Below, piece by piece: positions 1 to 9,980 of a stretch of 64,000 nucleotides of DNA (the stretch's first letter is position 1; each line of letters starts with the position of its first letter). The position numbers and the translations under genes are program-made. The notes beneath the pieces were generated by a model. The model did not search any database and was not told the origin of the DNA. It was given only the letters and a program-made list of their open reading frames with translations. Where the stretch lies: positions 32,001-96,000 of IMG/VR virus record IMGVR_UViG_3300031994_000033. One strand, given 5' to 3'. This DNA comes from a virus. Lineage: Duplodnaviria; Caudoviricetes.

Positions 1-731
1 TGAAGTTCGGAAATACTCTGATTATAGCAAACGTAGGTCCTGTTCCTCCAGGTCCAGAGCCTACACCTCCAGAGAACGCGTTGAGTCTGAACGGTGAAGC
101 GATATCGATAGGAAATGACTACATAACTGTCGGACAAGGAGGTGCACCGCAAGGCGTCGAAATCGGCGGGCGATTCTATCCCACCGTCACGATAGGAAAT
201 CAGGAATGGCTCGCAGAGAACCTCGACTTCAAGTTCGATGGACTCGTCGTTGGCCAGGGAAGTTCCTCTTCAGAACCTAGAGCTAATTACTACAGGAATG
301 ATGAAGCTACTTATGGAGTAAATGGGAACAAGTATGGCCTTCTTTACAATTGGACTGCTGTGAAGTATCTCAAAGACAACAAGTCTACGCTATTTCCAGA
401 GGGTTGGCGTGTATCATCACAAGTAGACTGGGATAATTTGATAACAGCTGTAGGTGGTTCTTCTGTTGCTGGGACTAAGCTTAGATCCACTGCAGGATGG
501 ACGGTTGCTAATGGAACTGACGACTTCGGCTTTGCTATTTTTCCCGCTGGTGCCCAGAACTCGGGCTCCTTCTACAATGTAGGCATTTTCGCATACTTCT
601 GGACGTCTGTTGAGAGCGCGGGCACAGCCTTCGCATACAGCCGCAGCTTCCGTGCGGACAGCGATCCGGCCACAGGTACTTCAAGTAAGACACTCGGTTA
701 CTCGGTTCGCCTCGTGAGAACCATTTCATAA
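1..731 (+). CDS. FISUMP (Fib_succ_major)-domain protein, 5' partial; probable receptor-binding or DGR target protein
   Basis: Motifs TVTIGNQEWLAENL, YGLLYNW, PEGWRV, FWTS and GYSVRLV. The frame stays open back to the window start (KFGNTLIIANVGPVPPGPEPTPP). Confidence 0.85.
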   Translation, partial: KFGNTLIIANVGPVPPGPEPTPPENALSLNGEAISIGNDYITVGQGGAPQGVEIGGRFYPTVTIGNQEWLAENLDFKFDGLVVGQGSSSSEPRANYYRNDEATYGVNGNKYGLLYNWTAVKYLKDNKSTLFPEGWRVSSQVDWDNLITAVGGSSVAGTKLRSTAGWTVANGTDDFGFAIFPAGAQNSGSFYNVGIFAYFWTSVESAGTAFAYSRSFRADSDPATGTSSKTLGYSVRLVRTIS

Positions 732-806
732 GAGGATTAGATAAATAAACAAAAGTCATCGACAAGAGCATAACTGTCGGCACGAAATTCAGAAAGGAGA
801 ATAGAA

Positions 807-1553
807 ATGAAAGAGATTAAAGAGCTAAACGATTTTTCTGGTTCTGACGGCTATCTAGCTGTTGACGGACTAAACAATGAGTCAGCAGGCGGAAAGAAGA
901 AGCTGTCGGATATTCAGCCTCTTGTTCTGCATGCGGTTACAGAGGAAGACCCAGAGAACCCTGGTAATTACTGGTCTTACATAAATTATAGCTTCGATGA
1001 CCTCCTTACGAAGGTCAAGGGCGGTACACCGTTGACAGTCATAATCGATGGGCCTATCAATACAGAATACCATGACAATAACCCATATCTTCCTAAAGTT
1101 AACTATACCTATGTAATATCTGAATTCCAAATCATAGAATCCGCTGGTGATGCTACGATTCCGCCTAATAGAAGATTGATAGGTACAACCGGAAAATCAA
1201 ATGAAGTGCACTTGATTGAAATGCAATCAGCTGGCAACATAATTCCGTTATACTTTGTACCAGGTTCGTTCACTTTAGATGTGTCTAACTGGGAATACAA
1301 TTGGCCGTCAGAGCAAATTGGATGGTCTAGGAAGTGGGCGAGACAATCGCCGAAATGCTTGGAATTACTTTGCAACGGTATGAGTACTATTGCCAATTAT
1401 ATAGCATATTTGGACGGGAACAATTACTACTCTTGTTATCAGTGCCGACATGAAAATGGCGCATATTCATTGAGTACAAGTCCTATCATATTTTACTACG
1501 ATTGGAATGAAGATACGATGCATGGCACTTTCCCGTTCTTCTCAGATCAATAA
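807..1553 (+). CDS. hypothetical protein, probably virion-associated
   Basis: 248-aa ORF with an AAAGGAG RBS and a late-promoter-like GATAAATA at 740-747. Confidence 0.7.
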   Translation: MKEIKELNDFSGSDGYLAVDGLNNESAGGKKKLSDIQPLVLHAVTEEDPENPGNYWSYINYSFDDLLTKVKGGTPLTVIIDGPINTEYHDNNPYLPKVNYTYVISEFQIIESAGDATIPPNRRLIGTTGKSNEVHLIEMQSAGNIIPLYFVPGSFTLDVSNWEYNWPSEQIGWSRKWARQSPKCLELLCNGMSTIANYIAYLDGNNYYSCYQCRHENGAYSLSTSPIIFYYDWNEDTMHGTFPFFSDQ

Positions 1554-1573
1554 TTGATCTTCTGATCGTAACT

Positions 1574-1610
1574 AATGCTGAGCTATTGACAACAATAGCT
1601 CAGCATCTTT
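1574..1610 (+). terminator. Rho-independent terminator
   Basis: ATGCTGAGCTATTG-acaa-CAATAGCTCAGCAT hairpin followed by CTTT. Confidence 0.7.
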
Positions 1611-1621
1611 GTAAATAATAC

Positions 1622-4600
1622 ATGCGAGAAGTATTCTTTAACAGCTTCAAAGAGAAGATTCTAAATGGACAAGTGCCAAGCGTATTCGACGTGTCTGGAA
1701 CTCCGATTGCTTCGGACTTCATAAACATCTACGACAACTCTGTCATCAAGCTAGAGCAGTACAAGAACTTGTCTGACTTTGACAAGTACTCTACAGGAAA
1801 TCACAACAAGCCGTTCGAAGAGACCAAGTTCAAGTATGACGAGTACTGCGTCGAATATAGCGCTTACTATGACAACGACGTGTCGGAGAAGCCCATGTTC
1901 ATCAACCCAGACAACTGGGATAAGTTCCTTCAGACCTATAGCGGAGAGATAGGCTACTCAGATCCGTATGTCAAGAGCAAGTTCGACAGCTATATCTCTG
2001 ACGACGAGAATGTGAACTCGGGATTCTACTACATTCAGAAGAAGTCTCAGCTCAAGTGGATCTCCGAGCGCTGCAACGACAGAGAGAACTTCAACAACAG
2101 AATAGTCGTAGTCATGGGCGACGACATCGGAAGTCCAGCTGCTAACTATCAGCTTCTTGATACTGTTATCTGCAACGATCCGAACCGCCCTTTCCAAGGA
2201 ATTCTCGACTTCAACGGACACCGTATCTCGAACATCGTGATGGAGTGCAAAGAGAATTCGAACGGCTTAGTTGGCTATCTTGGAGCAGACGGCGTCGTGA
2301 GAGACGCTATCGTAAACAACATTCTCTTCAAGTGCTCTAACAAGATCTCGCTAGATAAGATCAGAACCGACTGCTCGGATGTCGTGGTCGGTGGAGTCGT
2401 CGGAACGAACTACGGAACTGTCGAGAACATCGTCACTTCTGGCGACATTCGCTTCAACGGATTCTGTCCAGAAGTCTATCTCGCTAGCAACAAGTACGAG
2501 TATCAGTCTTACGACAACGTTATCAACAATCCGAACTACAACTGCTTCTTCCCTAGCAAGTTCTGCATCAACTCGCTGTACAACGTGATCCCTTATGTGG
2601 GCTACTTCGCTGAAGGCGCTGACAGCTACTTCAACGATGTCGGAAGTCCTCTGTTCAAGTTGACTATTACAGACGACGATACGCACAACGAGAAACTACA
2701 TCAGCTGTACCAAAACAACCTCAGAGCTCTGCTAGGACTTCAAGTGAATGACAAGAACATCAATGACGATGGTAAACTTCCTTTGATGTTCAACTTAGAC
2801 CACTTCACTGAGTATAAGCTAGGAAACAACGACTTCATCGATCTCAGAACAGCTAGACTGACTGACTACTTAGGATCTTCAGTCGTCGTGAAGATGGAGA
2901 ACGAGCCTGGGCTTCACCGATATAGAGACAATGTCGCATTCGGCGACGCATTCACTGTGACTAACGCAGGATATGGATCGTCCAATAACTTCCCTGTCAT
3001 GCTCTCGATGGAAGACGATCAGAATCTTCCGGAGTTCGCTCTCAACAACACCATTTCTAGTCTAGAGAGCTTACAAAGCTGGAACGACTATCAAGAGATG
3101 AAAGTCGGAAAAGATAGCAAGGAAGAGATGTGGTCTGGAACTCCTAACACGAACATGTGGGAATATGGAGCGTATCTATCGAGGCAGCTGAGAGACACGA
3201 TTATGTTCACTGCTAAGAGCTCAAGAAATGAGCAAGTCACGATTCATCAGAAGATGAACCCATATAGTCGAATCGCTTACTACTGCTCTCCAGTCGTCGG
3301 AAACAACTTCGGTCTGATCAGAAACATCGACTGCCGTCACACGCTGCACGAGACTAACGACACTTTCGTAGGATTCATCGGAAGCGTTTGCGGAAAGCAG
3401 AACTGCGGCATCATCGACAGAGTGAACTCGGTCCTCGACATCGTCCCACTGACAGAATCAGAAGTCAGCGCATCGCCACTAGCGTCTCGAGTATACACGG
3501 ACAACAGAAGCTATATTCCGGACTATCCAGACAATTATACGAATCTTGTGAACGTGTTCGGTTACAACTGGGACTACTATCAGACTTCTGCTGGCTTGGA
3601 TGTTCCCGAGCAGCGTCACTACGCTACAGTTAGCGCATCAGCAGCTTACGTGTCAGACCGATTCTACTCTTTCCACGACTTCCTCACATCTGGCGTTCAG
3701 GTCAAGAACGCAGGCGACTACTGGGTTCCTAAGAACGACAACTATGTCTTCAATGAGCTAGCAGAGAAGAGAACAGAAGCTTCTGCGACACAGAAGTACT
3801 GCAACTTCAAGCTGAATGTCTATGAAGATGCAGCTGCGTCAGCTATCGGATCAGCTATCCCAGACGCTATCAGAAACGCTAAGCTTAAGCTGTCGTTCGT
3901 TCCAAGCACGAGCGCAATTCCGTCAGATACTCTGAACACTTTCGCGATCGAAGCGAGAGTGAAAGTCGATACGGCCTCAGAGCGTTCAACGTTCAAGCTA
4001 TACAATCCTTACGAAGATAGCAAGGAAGACAACATATTCAACTCGTTGAGCTTCAATACGACTGAGCTAGAGCAGAAGATCTCTAACTTGAATCTCAGCA
4101 TCGAGCACATGGATCTCAACGTGATCGGAGACGCCGCTAAGACTCTGTCAAGAAAGGATCCTCTGACTTTCGAAATCGAAGATCGAGAAGAGGAGATCAC
4201 GCTAGCAGACGCTCTCAGCTACTGTTCAGCATTCAACGGAGAATGTGGAAGCACTGTCGACAACTCGATGGAGTTCGCTACAAACATAATGAACGCTAAA
4301 GTCGCTGTCGGATGCGAGATGCTTGGAAATCCAGCTCTGAATGTAGACTACAGCTTCCCTGGAGGAACTCAACCATTCTCTGGAGCTAAAGAGGGACTAT
4401 TCGGCTGCGCTAACGAGCACAACCAGAATGAGTATGTCATTCCGTCCGGAGTCGGTCCTAACAACACAGACGAGAACTGGGTCATCGATGTAGGAGACGA
4501 CTTCGCTGACTTCTGCTGGTATATGCAGCCAGGCGAGTACAAAGCCGATACAGAAGACGGTCCTGAAGCATTTGATATCTCTGTATGGGACAATGTCGAT

Positions 4601-7129
4601 CCGAGCAATCCTCTTGGATATATCGGTACTCTGTATCACTTTCCAGGAGACCGTCCCAACTACTTCTCTAGCATAAACGTCTCCGGACTATGGGACGTTT
4701 ACGGCGGAAGAAACGGAAGACCTGTGTTCGAGAGGAATCAGAACTGCTATCAGTCTGATCTGCCTAGAACTATGCTCACCATCGTTCCGAAAGAAGACGA
4801 GACACTAAAAGAATTTGGCGAGTACATAGCTTCTGTCGCTCATGACAAGTCTGGATTCCAAGACATTGTCGGAGACAGCTACTCGGTGAAGATCAACAAG
4901 ATCTCTATTCCGCTGTTCAACAGGACTCAGAATCGAGCATATCAGTCAAGCTCGCTCGAGGGAGTGAACAACGTCTCAGGCGTCTATCTCGACTACACGG
5001 CTCAGCCCAGACTGTGGGACTTCAAGAGAGACGAACAGGATCGAAAGACAGATCCAGTCGAAGTCGAATGCAATCCGGAAGAGAGCGCTCTCGCTGGAAG
5101 ACTAGGAAATCTTGACGACATGTATATCGACATGTCTATTCTAGTCAATGATCAAGAGCATCAATCCTATGAGGCTCCTAATCACTATAGGGTCTATCCG
5201 ATGATCGCAAAGATTCCTCTGAGAAGACTCAGAATTCCGATCTCTGCTATAGAAGTAGTCGGCTCATTCACAGGAATGGTCCAAAAGTACTCGGAAGATC
5301 TAGCGAACATCATCGGACCTATGAAGTATAACGCTAGGGAAGTCAAATACTATCATCTGCTTCCAGCATACGACATGCAGGACAGGTCTAACGAGAACGT
5401 GAAGTATGATCTGAAGTCGATCTACAACGTCGGCGGAATCTGCGGCATGATCAACCATGCTGCTAGCTTCATCGAACGGGGAATGATGGATCTATACTAT
5501 AAGCAAGAGCCGAGATCTGAAGAGAACGGTGGACCTTACAATAGAGCGTCTTGCGGTCAGATCAGCAACTGCAACGTCAAGCTCACTAGAAACACGTTCG
5601 ACTTCATCAATCATCTTCTTCTGGACAAGATGGAGAACGGCAAGCTAGTCGAGTTCAACGACAGAACGATCGGAGTCGCTAACAAGTTCGGCGGCATCGC
5701 TGCTATCTACGAATATAGACAGAACGACATCGGTACGAGCCCTTACACTCAAGTCGACGGATGCGGACCTGACAGTCTAACGAGACTCGATCAGCAGAGA
5801 TTCTTGTTCCAGAACATCACCGTCGCTGGATACGAAGAGTTCTACACAGGACATGCTCCTACAGCAGACGAGTACAGAAGCCGATCGCTGTTCAAGATAT
5901 TCACGAAGATATTCTCTCCGTTCGTCGAATGGGCTAATGTCGGAAACATTCTCGACACCACGAACATGTGGCTGATTGATGACAAGATACGCTCGAAAGA
6001 TGACAATTATAGATCTAGACACAGCTCTAACTTCCCGATAAGCTCGAACATTCATCAAGCATGGACTATGCATCTAAGCGATGGCTACTTCTGCGGACAG
6101 AACGAGGGTTCTTCGTGGATCCTCGGTATGCACCATCCAGTTGTCGCTTACAATAGAATAGATCCGACACAAGAAGAAGCCGATCTTCCAGATCGTAGAG
6201 GAAAAGTGACAGCAGAAGACCTGGGAGTCGTAGGCTGCAACATCGGGTTCGATACCACTTCAGACTACTACCCGAGACTTCAGTTCAATACGAAGACTTA
6301 CGATCTGTTGCCGAGCGTGCTTCTCAATCACGTCGACGTATGGTACTACGGCGACTCTCCCATCGTCGACTCGAAAGTGATTCACATGAGCCCAGTCGCT
6401 AACGCGCCATGCTCTGAATATAACGACATCTACATGCAGATGTTTGGTGGAAACCCGAACTTCATCAACAGGAAGCTCGGAAAGCCGATAATGATGTCTC
6501 AGCTACATGGCACAGAGGCTACATACCACTACGACATCATTAGAGGCGATAGAGTCAACAGCATGGCGTTGATCAATCAGTGGGTTCTGAGAGCTTACTC
6601 GGATCGATACGAGAAGAATCACGGCATCACCGACCGATACTTCACTTGGGACTACGACATGAGAAAGGTCAGTGCGCTCAATCGCAGCAAGACTCCGATG
6701 GACTTCACCATCAGATACGGAATCGACAGAAGTGGAACGAGAGGGCTCTGGATCCATCAGATAGACGGCTACTCGGACGTGCGTCCCTGGACAAAGTACG
6801 CTATGAAGGGAAAGAGCGAGTGCATGAACGACGGATCTTGCATCAGACTCGGCTACATGCCGTCAGACTGGTCGATCATAGAGCTCATGAACCGTTCCGA
6901 CGAAGACGACAGCGTTCCAGACAAGCAGTATGACGAAGGAAGAGCGATAGACGGAACAGACTTCAGAGGCATTCTGCTCTATGAGCCGAACGGAGATCTA
7001 GTCGCGTTCATCGATACAGAGAGTCCAATCGATCTGGTCTCTGGATGCTACATCTCGTCTCTGCCGAAAATAGAGACTTTCAACGGAGAAAGATACGGAC
7101 TTCTGACAGAGATCGCAACTGAGGAGTGA
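1622..7129 (+). CDS. very large (1835 aa) putative virion structural protein with GLUG-like glycine motifs
   Basis: Uninterrupted ORF containing FQGILDFNGHRISN, VGGVVGTNYGTVEN and VGGICG motifs. TAAATA lies directly upstream. Confidence 0.6.
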   Translation: MREVFFNSFKEKILNGQVPSVFDVSGTPIASDFINIYDNSVIKLEQYKNLSDFDKYSTGNHNKPFEETKFKYDEYCVEYSAYYDNDVSEKPMFINPDNWDKFLQTYSGEIGYSDPYVKSKFDSYISDDENVNSGFYYIQKKSQLKWISERCNDRENFNNRIVVVMGDDIGSPAANYQLLDTVICNDPNRPFQGILDFNGHRISNIVMECKENSNGLVGYLGADGVVRDAIVNNILFKCSNKISLDKIRTDCSDVVVGGVVGTNYGTVENIVTSGDIRFNGFCPEVYLASNKYEYQSYDNVINNPNYNCFFPSKFCINSLYNVIPYVGYFAEGADSYFNDVGSPLFKLTITDDDTHNEKLHQLYQNNLRALLGLQVNDKNINDDGKLPLMFNLDHFTEYKLGNNDFIDLRTARLTDYLGSSVVVKMENEPGLHRYRDNVAFGDAFTVTNAGYGSSNNFPVMLSMEDDQNLPEFALNNTISSLESLQSWNDYQEMKVGKDSKEEMWSGTPNTNMWEYGAYLSRQLRDTIMFTAKSSRNEQVTIHQKMNPYSRIAYYCSPVVGNNFGLIRNIDCRHTLHETNDTFVGFIGSVCGKQNCGIIDRVNSVLDIVPLTESEVSASPLASRVYTDNRSYIPDYPDNYTNLVNVFGYNWDYYQTSAGLDVPEQRHYATVSASAAYVSDRFYSFHDFLTSGVQVKNAGDYWVPKNDNYVFNELAEKRTEASATQKYCNFKLNVYEDAAASAIGSAIPDAIRNAKLKLSFVPSTSAIPSDTLNTFAIEARVKVDTASERSTFKLYNPYEDSKEDNIFNSLSFNTTELEQKISNLNLSIEHMDLNVIGDAAKTLSRKDPLTFEIEDREEEITLADALSYCSAFNGECGSTVDNSMEFATNIMNAKVAVGCEMLGNPALNVDYSFPGGTQPFSGAKEGLFGCANEHNQNEYVIPSGVGPNNTDENWVIDVGDDFADFCWYMQPGEYKADTEDGPEAFDISVWDNVDPSNPLGYIGTLYHFPGDRPNYFSSINVSGLWDVYGGRNGRPVFERNQNCYQSDLPRTMLTIVPKEDETLKEFGEYIASVAHDKSGFQDIVGDSYSVKINKISIPLFNRTQNRAYQSSSLEGVNNVSGVYLDYTAQPRLWDFKRDEQDRKTDPVEVECNPEESALAGRLGNLDDMYIDMSILVNDQEHQSYEAPNHYRVYPMIAKIPLRRLRIPISAIEVVGSFTGMVQKYSEDLANIIGPMKYNAREVKYYHLLPAYDMQDRSNENVKYDLKSIYNVGGICGMINHAASFIERGMMDLYYKQEPRSEENGGPYNRASCGQISNCNVKLTRNTFDFINHLLLDKMENGKLVEFNDRTIGVANKFGGIAAIYEYRQNDIGTSPYTQVDGCGPDSLTRLDQQRFLFQNITVAGYEEFYTGHAPTADEYRSRSLFKIFTKIFSPFVEWANVGNILDTTNMWLIDDKIRSKDDNYRSRHSSNFPISSNIHQAWTMHLSDGYFCGQNEGSSWILGMHHPVVAYNRIDPTQEEADLPDRRGKVTAEDLGVVGCNIGFDTTSDYYPRLQFNTKTYDLLPSVLLNHVDVWYYGDSPIVDSKVIHMSPVANAPCSEYNDIYMQMFGGNPNFINRKLGKPIMMSQLHGTEATYHYDIIRGDRVNSMALINQWVLRAYSDRYEKNHGITDRYFTWDYDMRKVSALNRSKTPMDFTIRYGIDRSGTRGLWIHQIDGYSDVRPWTKYAMKGKSECMNDGSCIRLGYMPSDWSIIELMNRSDEDDSVPDKQYDEGRAIDGTDFRGILLYEPNGDLVAFIDTESPIDLVSGCYISSLPKIETFNGERYGLLTEIATEE

Positions 7130-7824
7130 CAAAAATGACATACGAGACTTATCCGACATTCATCGACTATCTCTTCAGCGTCAGATCGAAGACTGACGCA
7201 TACGGCGATCTAGAAGCGATTCTCACATCCGCTGGAAGCTTCGACACGTTCAAGCCGAGCACGACAGACGGATCGATTCCAGCAGCTGAAGTCTCAGAAA
7301 ACTTCATTCCGACTTCAGTGTTCTCTTATCCATCTTCTCGAATGGATCCGAGACCCTACGTCTCTGACTCTAACGGACTGTACTGCGAGACAGACAAGAC
7401 TTACGAAGAGATATTCAATCTTCCAGCTTCAGCTTCGCTAGAAGAGGGATCGAAGTATATCAGCAGCTTCGTTCAGAAAGCCATCTGGAACGCAGAGCTT
7501 CTGGGACGCTCTGTACCTTCGACTTCAGCAGAGATTCTCTCAGCAGACATTCCGTTCAAGAGCGTCTACGACGAAGAAGAGTATGACGCTTACGGTGTTC
7601 CTGTGAACTTCTTGAACGGAGATGCTCCTGGCGTGAAGGCCGAGAACATCGTCTGCTCCGGAGAGTACATCGCTGTCGCTTCTGGATGCTTGGTGACTGT
7701 CAGAAAAGAGAGAAACGGTGTCGATACGCTGTACCCGATCGGATTCATCGACTTCGAGAAGCTGTCGCCTAGCACACGCTACGAAGTGAAGTTCGATCCT
7801 CAGGGCTTTCTACAGCTAAAGTGA
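7126..7824 (+). CDS. hypothetical protein
   Basis: 232-aa ORF coupled to the upstream gene by a GTGA overlap. Confidence 0.65.
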   Translation: MTKMTYETYPTFIDYLFSVRSKTDAYGDLEAILTSAGSFDTFKPSTTDGSIPAAEVSENFIPTSVFSYPSSRMDPRPYVSDSNGLYCETDKTYEEIFNLPASASLEEGSKYISSFVQKAIWNAELLGRSVPSTSAEILSADIPFKSVYDEEEYDAYGVPVNFLNGDAPGVKAENIVCSGEYIAVASGCLVTVRKERNGVDTLYPIGFIDFEKLSPSTRYEVKFDPQGFLQLK

Positions 7825-7889
7825 TTTTATTACCTTTTATCTGGACAAGTTATATTATATAATACTTTAATCTTGAAAGGTAATAAAAA
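7825..7889. repeat. AT-rich inverted repeat
   Basis: TTTTATTACCTTT ... AAAGGTAATAAAA flanking an AT-rich spacer. Confidence 0.6.
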
Positions 7890-7964
7890 TACTTTTTACT
7901 AAAAACTCGTCATGAAAAAGTGTATCTACGATAAATTCTTATATTTTTTCGTATTATATCTTAA

Positions 7965-9437
7965 TTGGAACTCATGGCGAAATATCAAGAATATCTTCAA
8001 TACTCACTTTGGACCAGTGACATAAAAACTAAAGAGATAGAAATCAATGCGACTCATAAACGATATGACCCAGAATGCATCAGAGGAATTTGGAATGCGT
8101 CTGGATCTAAAGGAACATTCCCAGTAGGCGTCAAGAAATGCACATTTGACGACTATATCGAGTTGATAGTCACTGGACACTCGGTTAAGCGGATTCGAGA
8201 ACTTGACGGACTATTTCAACCTTCTAGGTTCCTATTCATCGATCTAGACAATGACGATGACGAAGATGTTGAGGAGATAGAACTAGAGGCATTGAAGTAT
8301 GTGACTAATAATCGCATCGTGTACTATCCGTCAACCTCAGGCACTCCTCATCGTTGGCATCTCTATATCGAAACGACTAGCATCATGCTAGATACTGATG
8401 ATCTGAAACGAGAGACATTCAAGATCATCTCGGAGTTAGAGTCAGTATGTAAACGAAAAGTAACATGTGACTACAAATGCTACACTAGCTGGTATCAGGT
8501 ATGTTACGGAATGCCACAGAAAGAGCACTACAAGCTGTCGATTCCAGAAGGCACAGAGTTCTTCTGTCACCAGATACTAAAGCCTCCAGTGGGCGAGAAA
8601 GCGCCGAAGATCAAAAGATATGACACTTATGAGCTGTTCATGCTGTCGAACACTAAGAAGAGCTCCAAGATCCTCAGCGAGTACAATAGGCTAGTTCCGT
8701 ACAACTCGAAGATGTTATCGAAGGAACTCAATCGACAGGTTCTGATCGACAAAGCGTATTCAATTTCACCGCCGTTCACGTACCGCAGAAAGAAGACGAG
8801 CAGAGGCTTAGACTGGCGCGTCCAGCCAGGAAGCAGATTCAAGACTGCGCAAGCTTGGATCTTGAACCTAGTCCCGCAATGGTACAAGTGCAATCTGAAG
8901 TACGGAATGTGCTTCTCAATCGAAGATCTAGAGAACACGTTGACGTTTCTCTGCAAAGTCAACTTCAAAGACTACGCGACGTTCAACATGACGAGCTCGA
9001 TAAAGGGTATGCTAAAACTGGTCGAAGAGTATCAAGGGATGCCCTATGATGAGATCGAAAAGATCTCGAAGGGGAAAATACGGAAATACAGATCGGCCGA
9101 ACACATCAGAAACTCAGTCGAAGAGCTCATAGAAGAGTTCAAGATCGACGATCACACTGTCCAGTTCGAGAACAGAAAAGCGCTTAGAGAAGCGATGAAG
9201 AGATACGAAACTACGTTCAAGACAGCAGAAAGACGAATGAAAGCGCTAGGTTACGATGTGAAACTGTCAACCTACGACCGATCAGACAAGGGCAGAACTC
9301 ACAAAGGCCCAGTTTACGACTTCTCGAAGTACCCGTTGAACGAGAAAGGCCAAAGACTCATTCCGAAGGATGAGATGTGCCAAACGATGAGAAATCAGGC
9401 TTGTCGGCTCAAAATCAAGCTAAAGAGTGTCAAATAA
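7965..9437 (+). CDS. AEP/primase-polymerase-like (Rep-like) protein
   Basis: hhhDxD motif (FLFIDLD), then YYPSTSG..HRWHLY (AEP motif II-like) and a downstream Asp. The C-terminal region is basic. Confidence 0.5.
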   Translation: MELMAKYQEYLQYSLWTSDIKTKEIEINATHKRYDPECIRGIWNASGSKGTFPVGVKKCTFDDYIELIVTGHSVKRIRELDGLFQPSRFLFIDLDNDDDEDVEEIELEALKYVTNNRIVYYPSTSGTPHRWHLYIETTSIMLDTDDLKRETFKIISELESVCKRKVTCDYKCYTSWYQVCYGMPQKEHYKLSIPEGTEFFCHQILKPPVGEKAPKIKRYDTYELFMLSNTKKSSKILSEYNRLVPYNSKMLSKELNRQVLIDKAYSISPPFTYRRKKTSRGLDWRVQPGSRFKTAQAWILNLVPQWYKCNLKYGMCFSIEDLENTLTFLCKVNFKDYATFNMTSSIKGMLKLVEEYQGMPYDEIEKISKGKIRKYRSAEHIRNSVEELIEEFKIDDHTVQFENRKALREAMKRYETTFKTAERRMKALGYDVKLSTYDRSDKGRTHKGPVYDFSKYPLNEKGQRLIPKDEMCQTMRNQACRLKIKLKSVK

Positions 9438-9505
9438 GTACCATATTGTTCTATATGAAGCTATATGAAACTATAGTAACACTATGTAGCGAAGCAGAGT
9501 CTTAT

Positions 9506-9718
9506 TTTTATAAGACTTTGCGAAGCAGTCTCCTTCTTTTTCTCCAATATATGGCTTAAGAAAAAGTGTTATAAAATTTAGGCTATAAAAAGTACAAAAT
9601 AGCTCTATGAAACGATAATAATTGTAAAGAAAATTTTATAAGACTTTACGAAGTAATCTCTTTCCTCTTTCTCCAATATATGGCTTAAGAAAAAGTGTTA
9701 TAAAATTTAGGCTATAAA
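9506..9718. repeat. ~85-bp direct repeat, 2 copies, with a 51-bp identical core
   Basis: TTTCTCCAATATATGGCTTAAGAAAAAGTGTTATAAAATTTAGGCTATAAA at 9539-9589 and 9668-9718. Confidence 0.9.
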
Positions 9719-9720
9719 TA
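9713..9720 (+). promoter_or_regulatory. T4-like late promoter TATAAATA (representative of a class)
   Basis: Exact TATAAATA also at 16569, 22899, 25876, 27375, 35323, 52608 (+) and 25863-25870 (-). Variants ending in TAAATA at 740, 1610, 10809, 15039, 19738, 32910, 38348 and 40794. All lie just upstream of gene starts. Confidence 0.8.
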
Positions 9721-9742
9721 AACTCAACAAGGAGAATCAACT

Positions 9743-9940
9743 ATGACTCGATTCGTTATCACTGGAAAAGTATCAAATCCGCTAATCGGATCTTCGCTCA
9801 ACGAAGATCTCGTCATCTCTGGTCGTCTTGACTCGAAGCTCGCACAGCTCAACCTGGAAGTCGAGAAGATCGAGAGCGCAGGCGAAGACGTGACATACTA
9901 TCTCAAGGAAGCTAGAGGCCCGAAGCTTCTCTGCGACTAG
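9743..9940 (+). CDS. small hypothetical late protein
   Basis: AAGGAG RBS and a late promoter upstream. Confidence 0.7.
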   Translation: MTRFVITGKVSNPLIGSSLNEDLVISGRLDSKLAQLNLEVEKIESAGEDVTYYLKEARGPKLLCD

Positions 9941-9980
9941 TTCTTTACGAATATATTACGAAATAACTCTCTGCATATAT

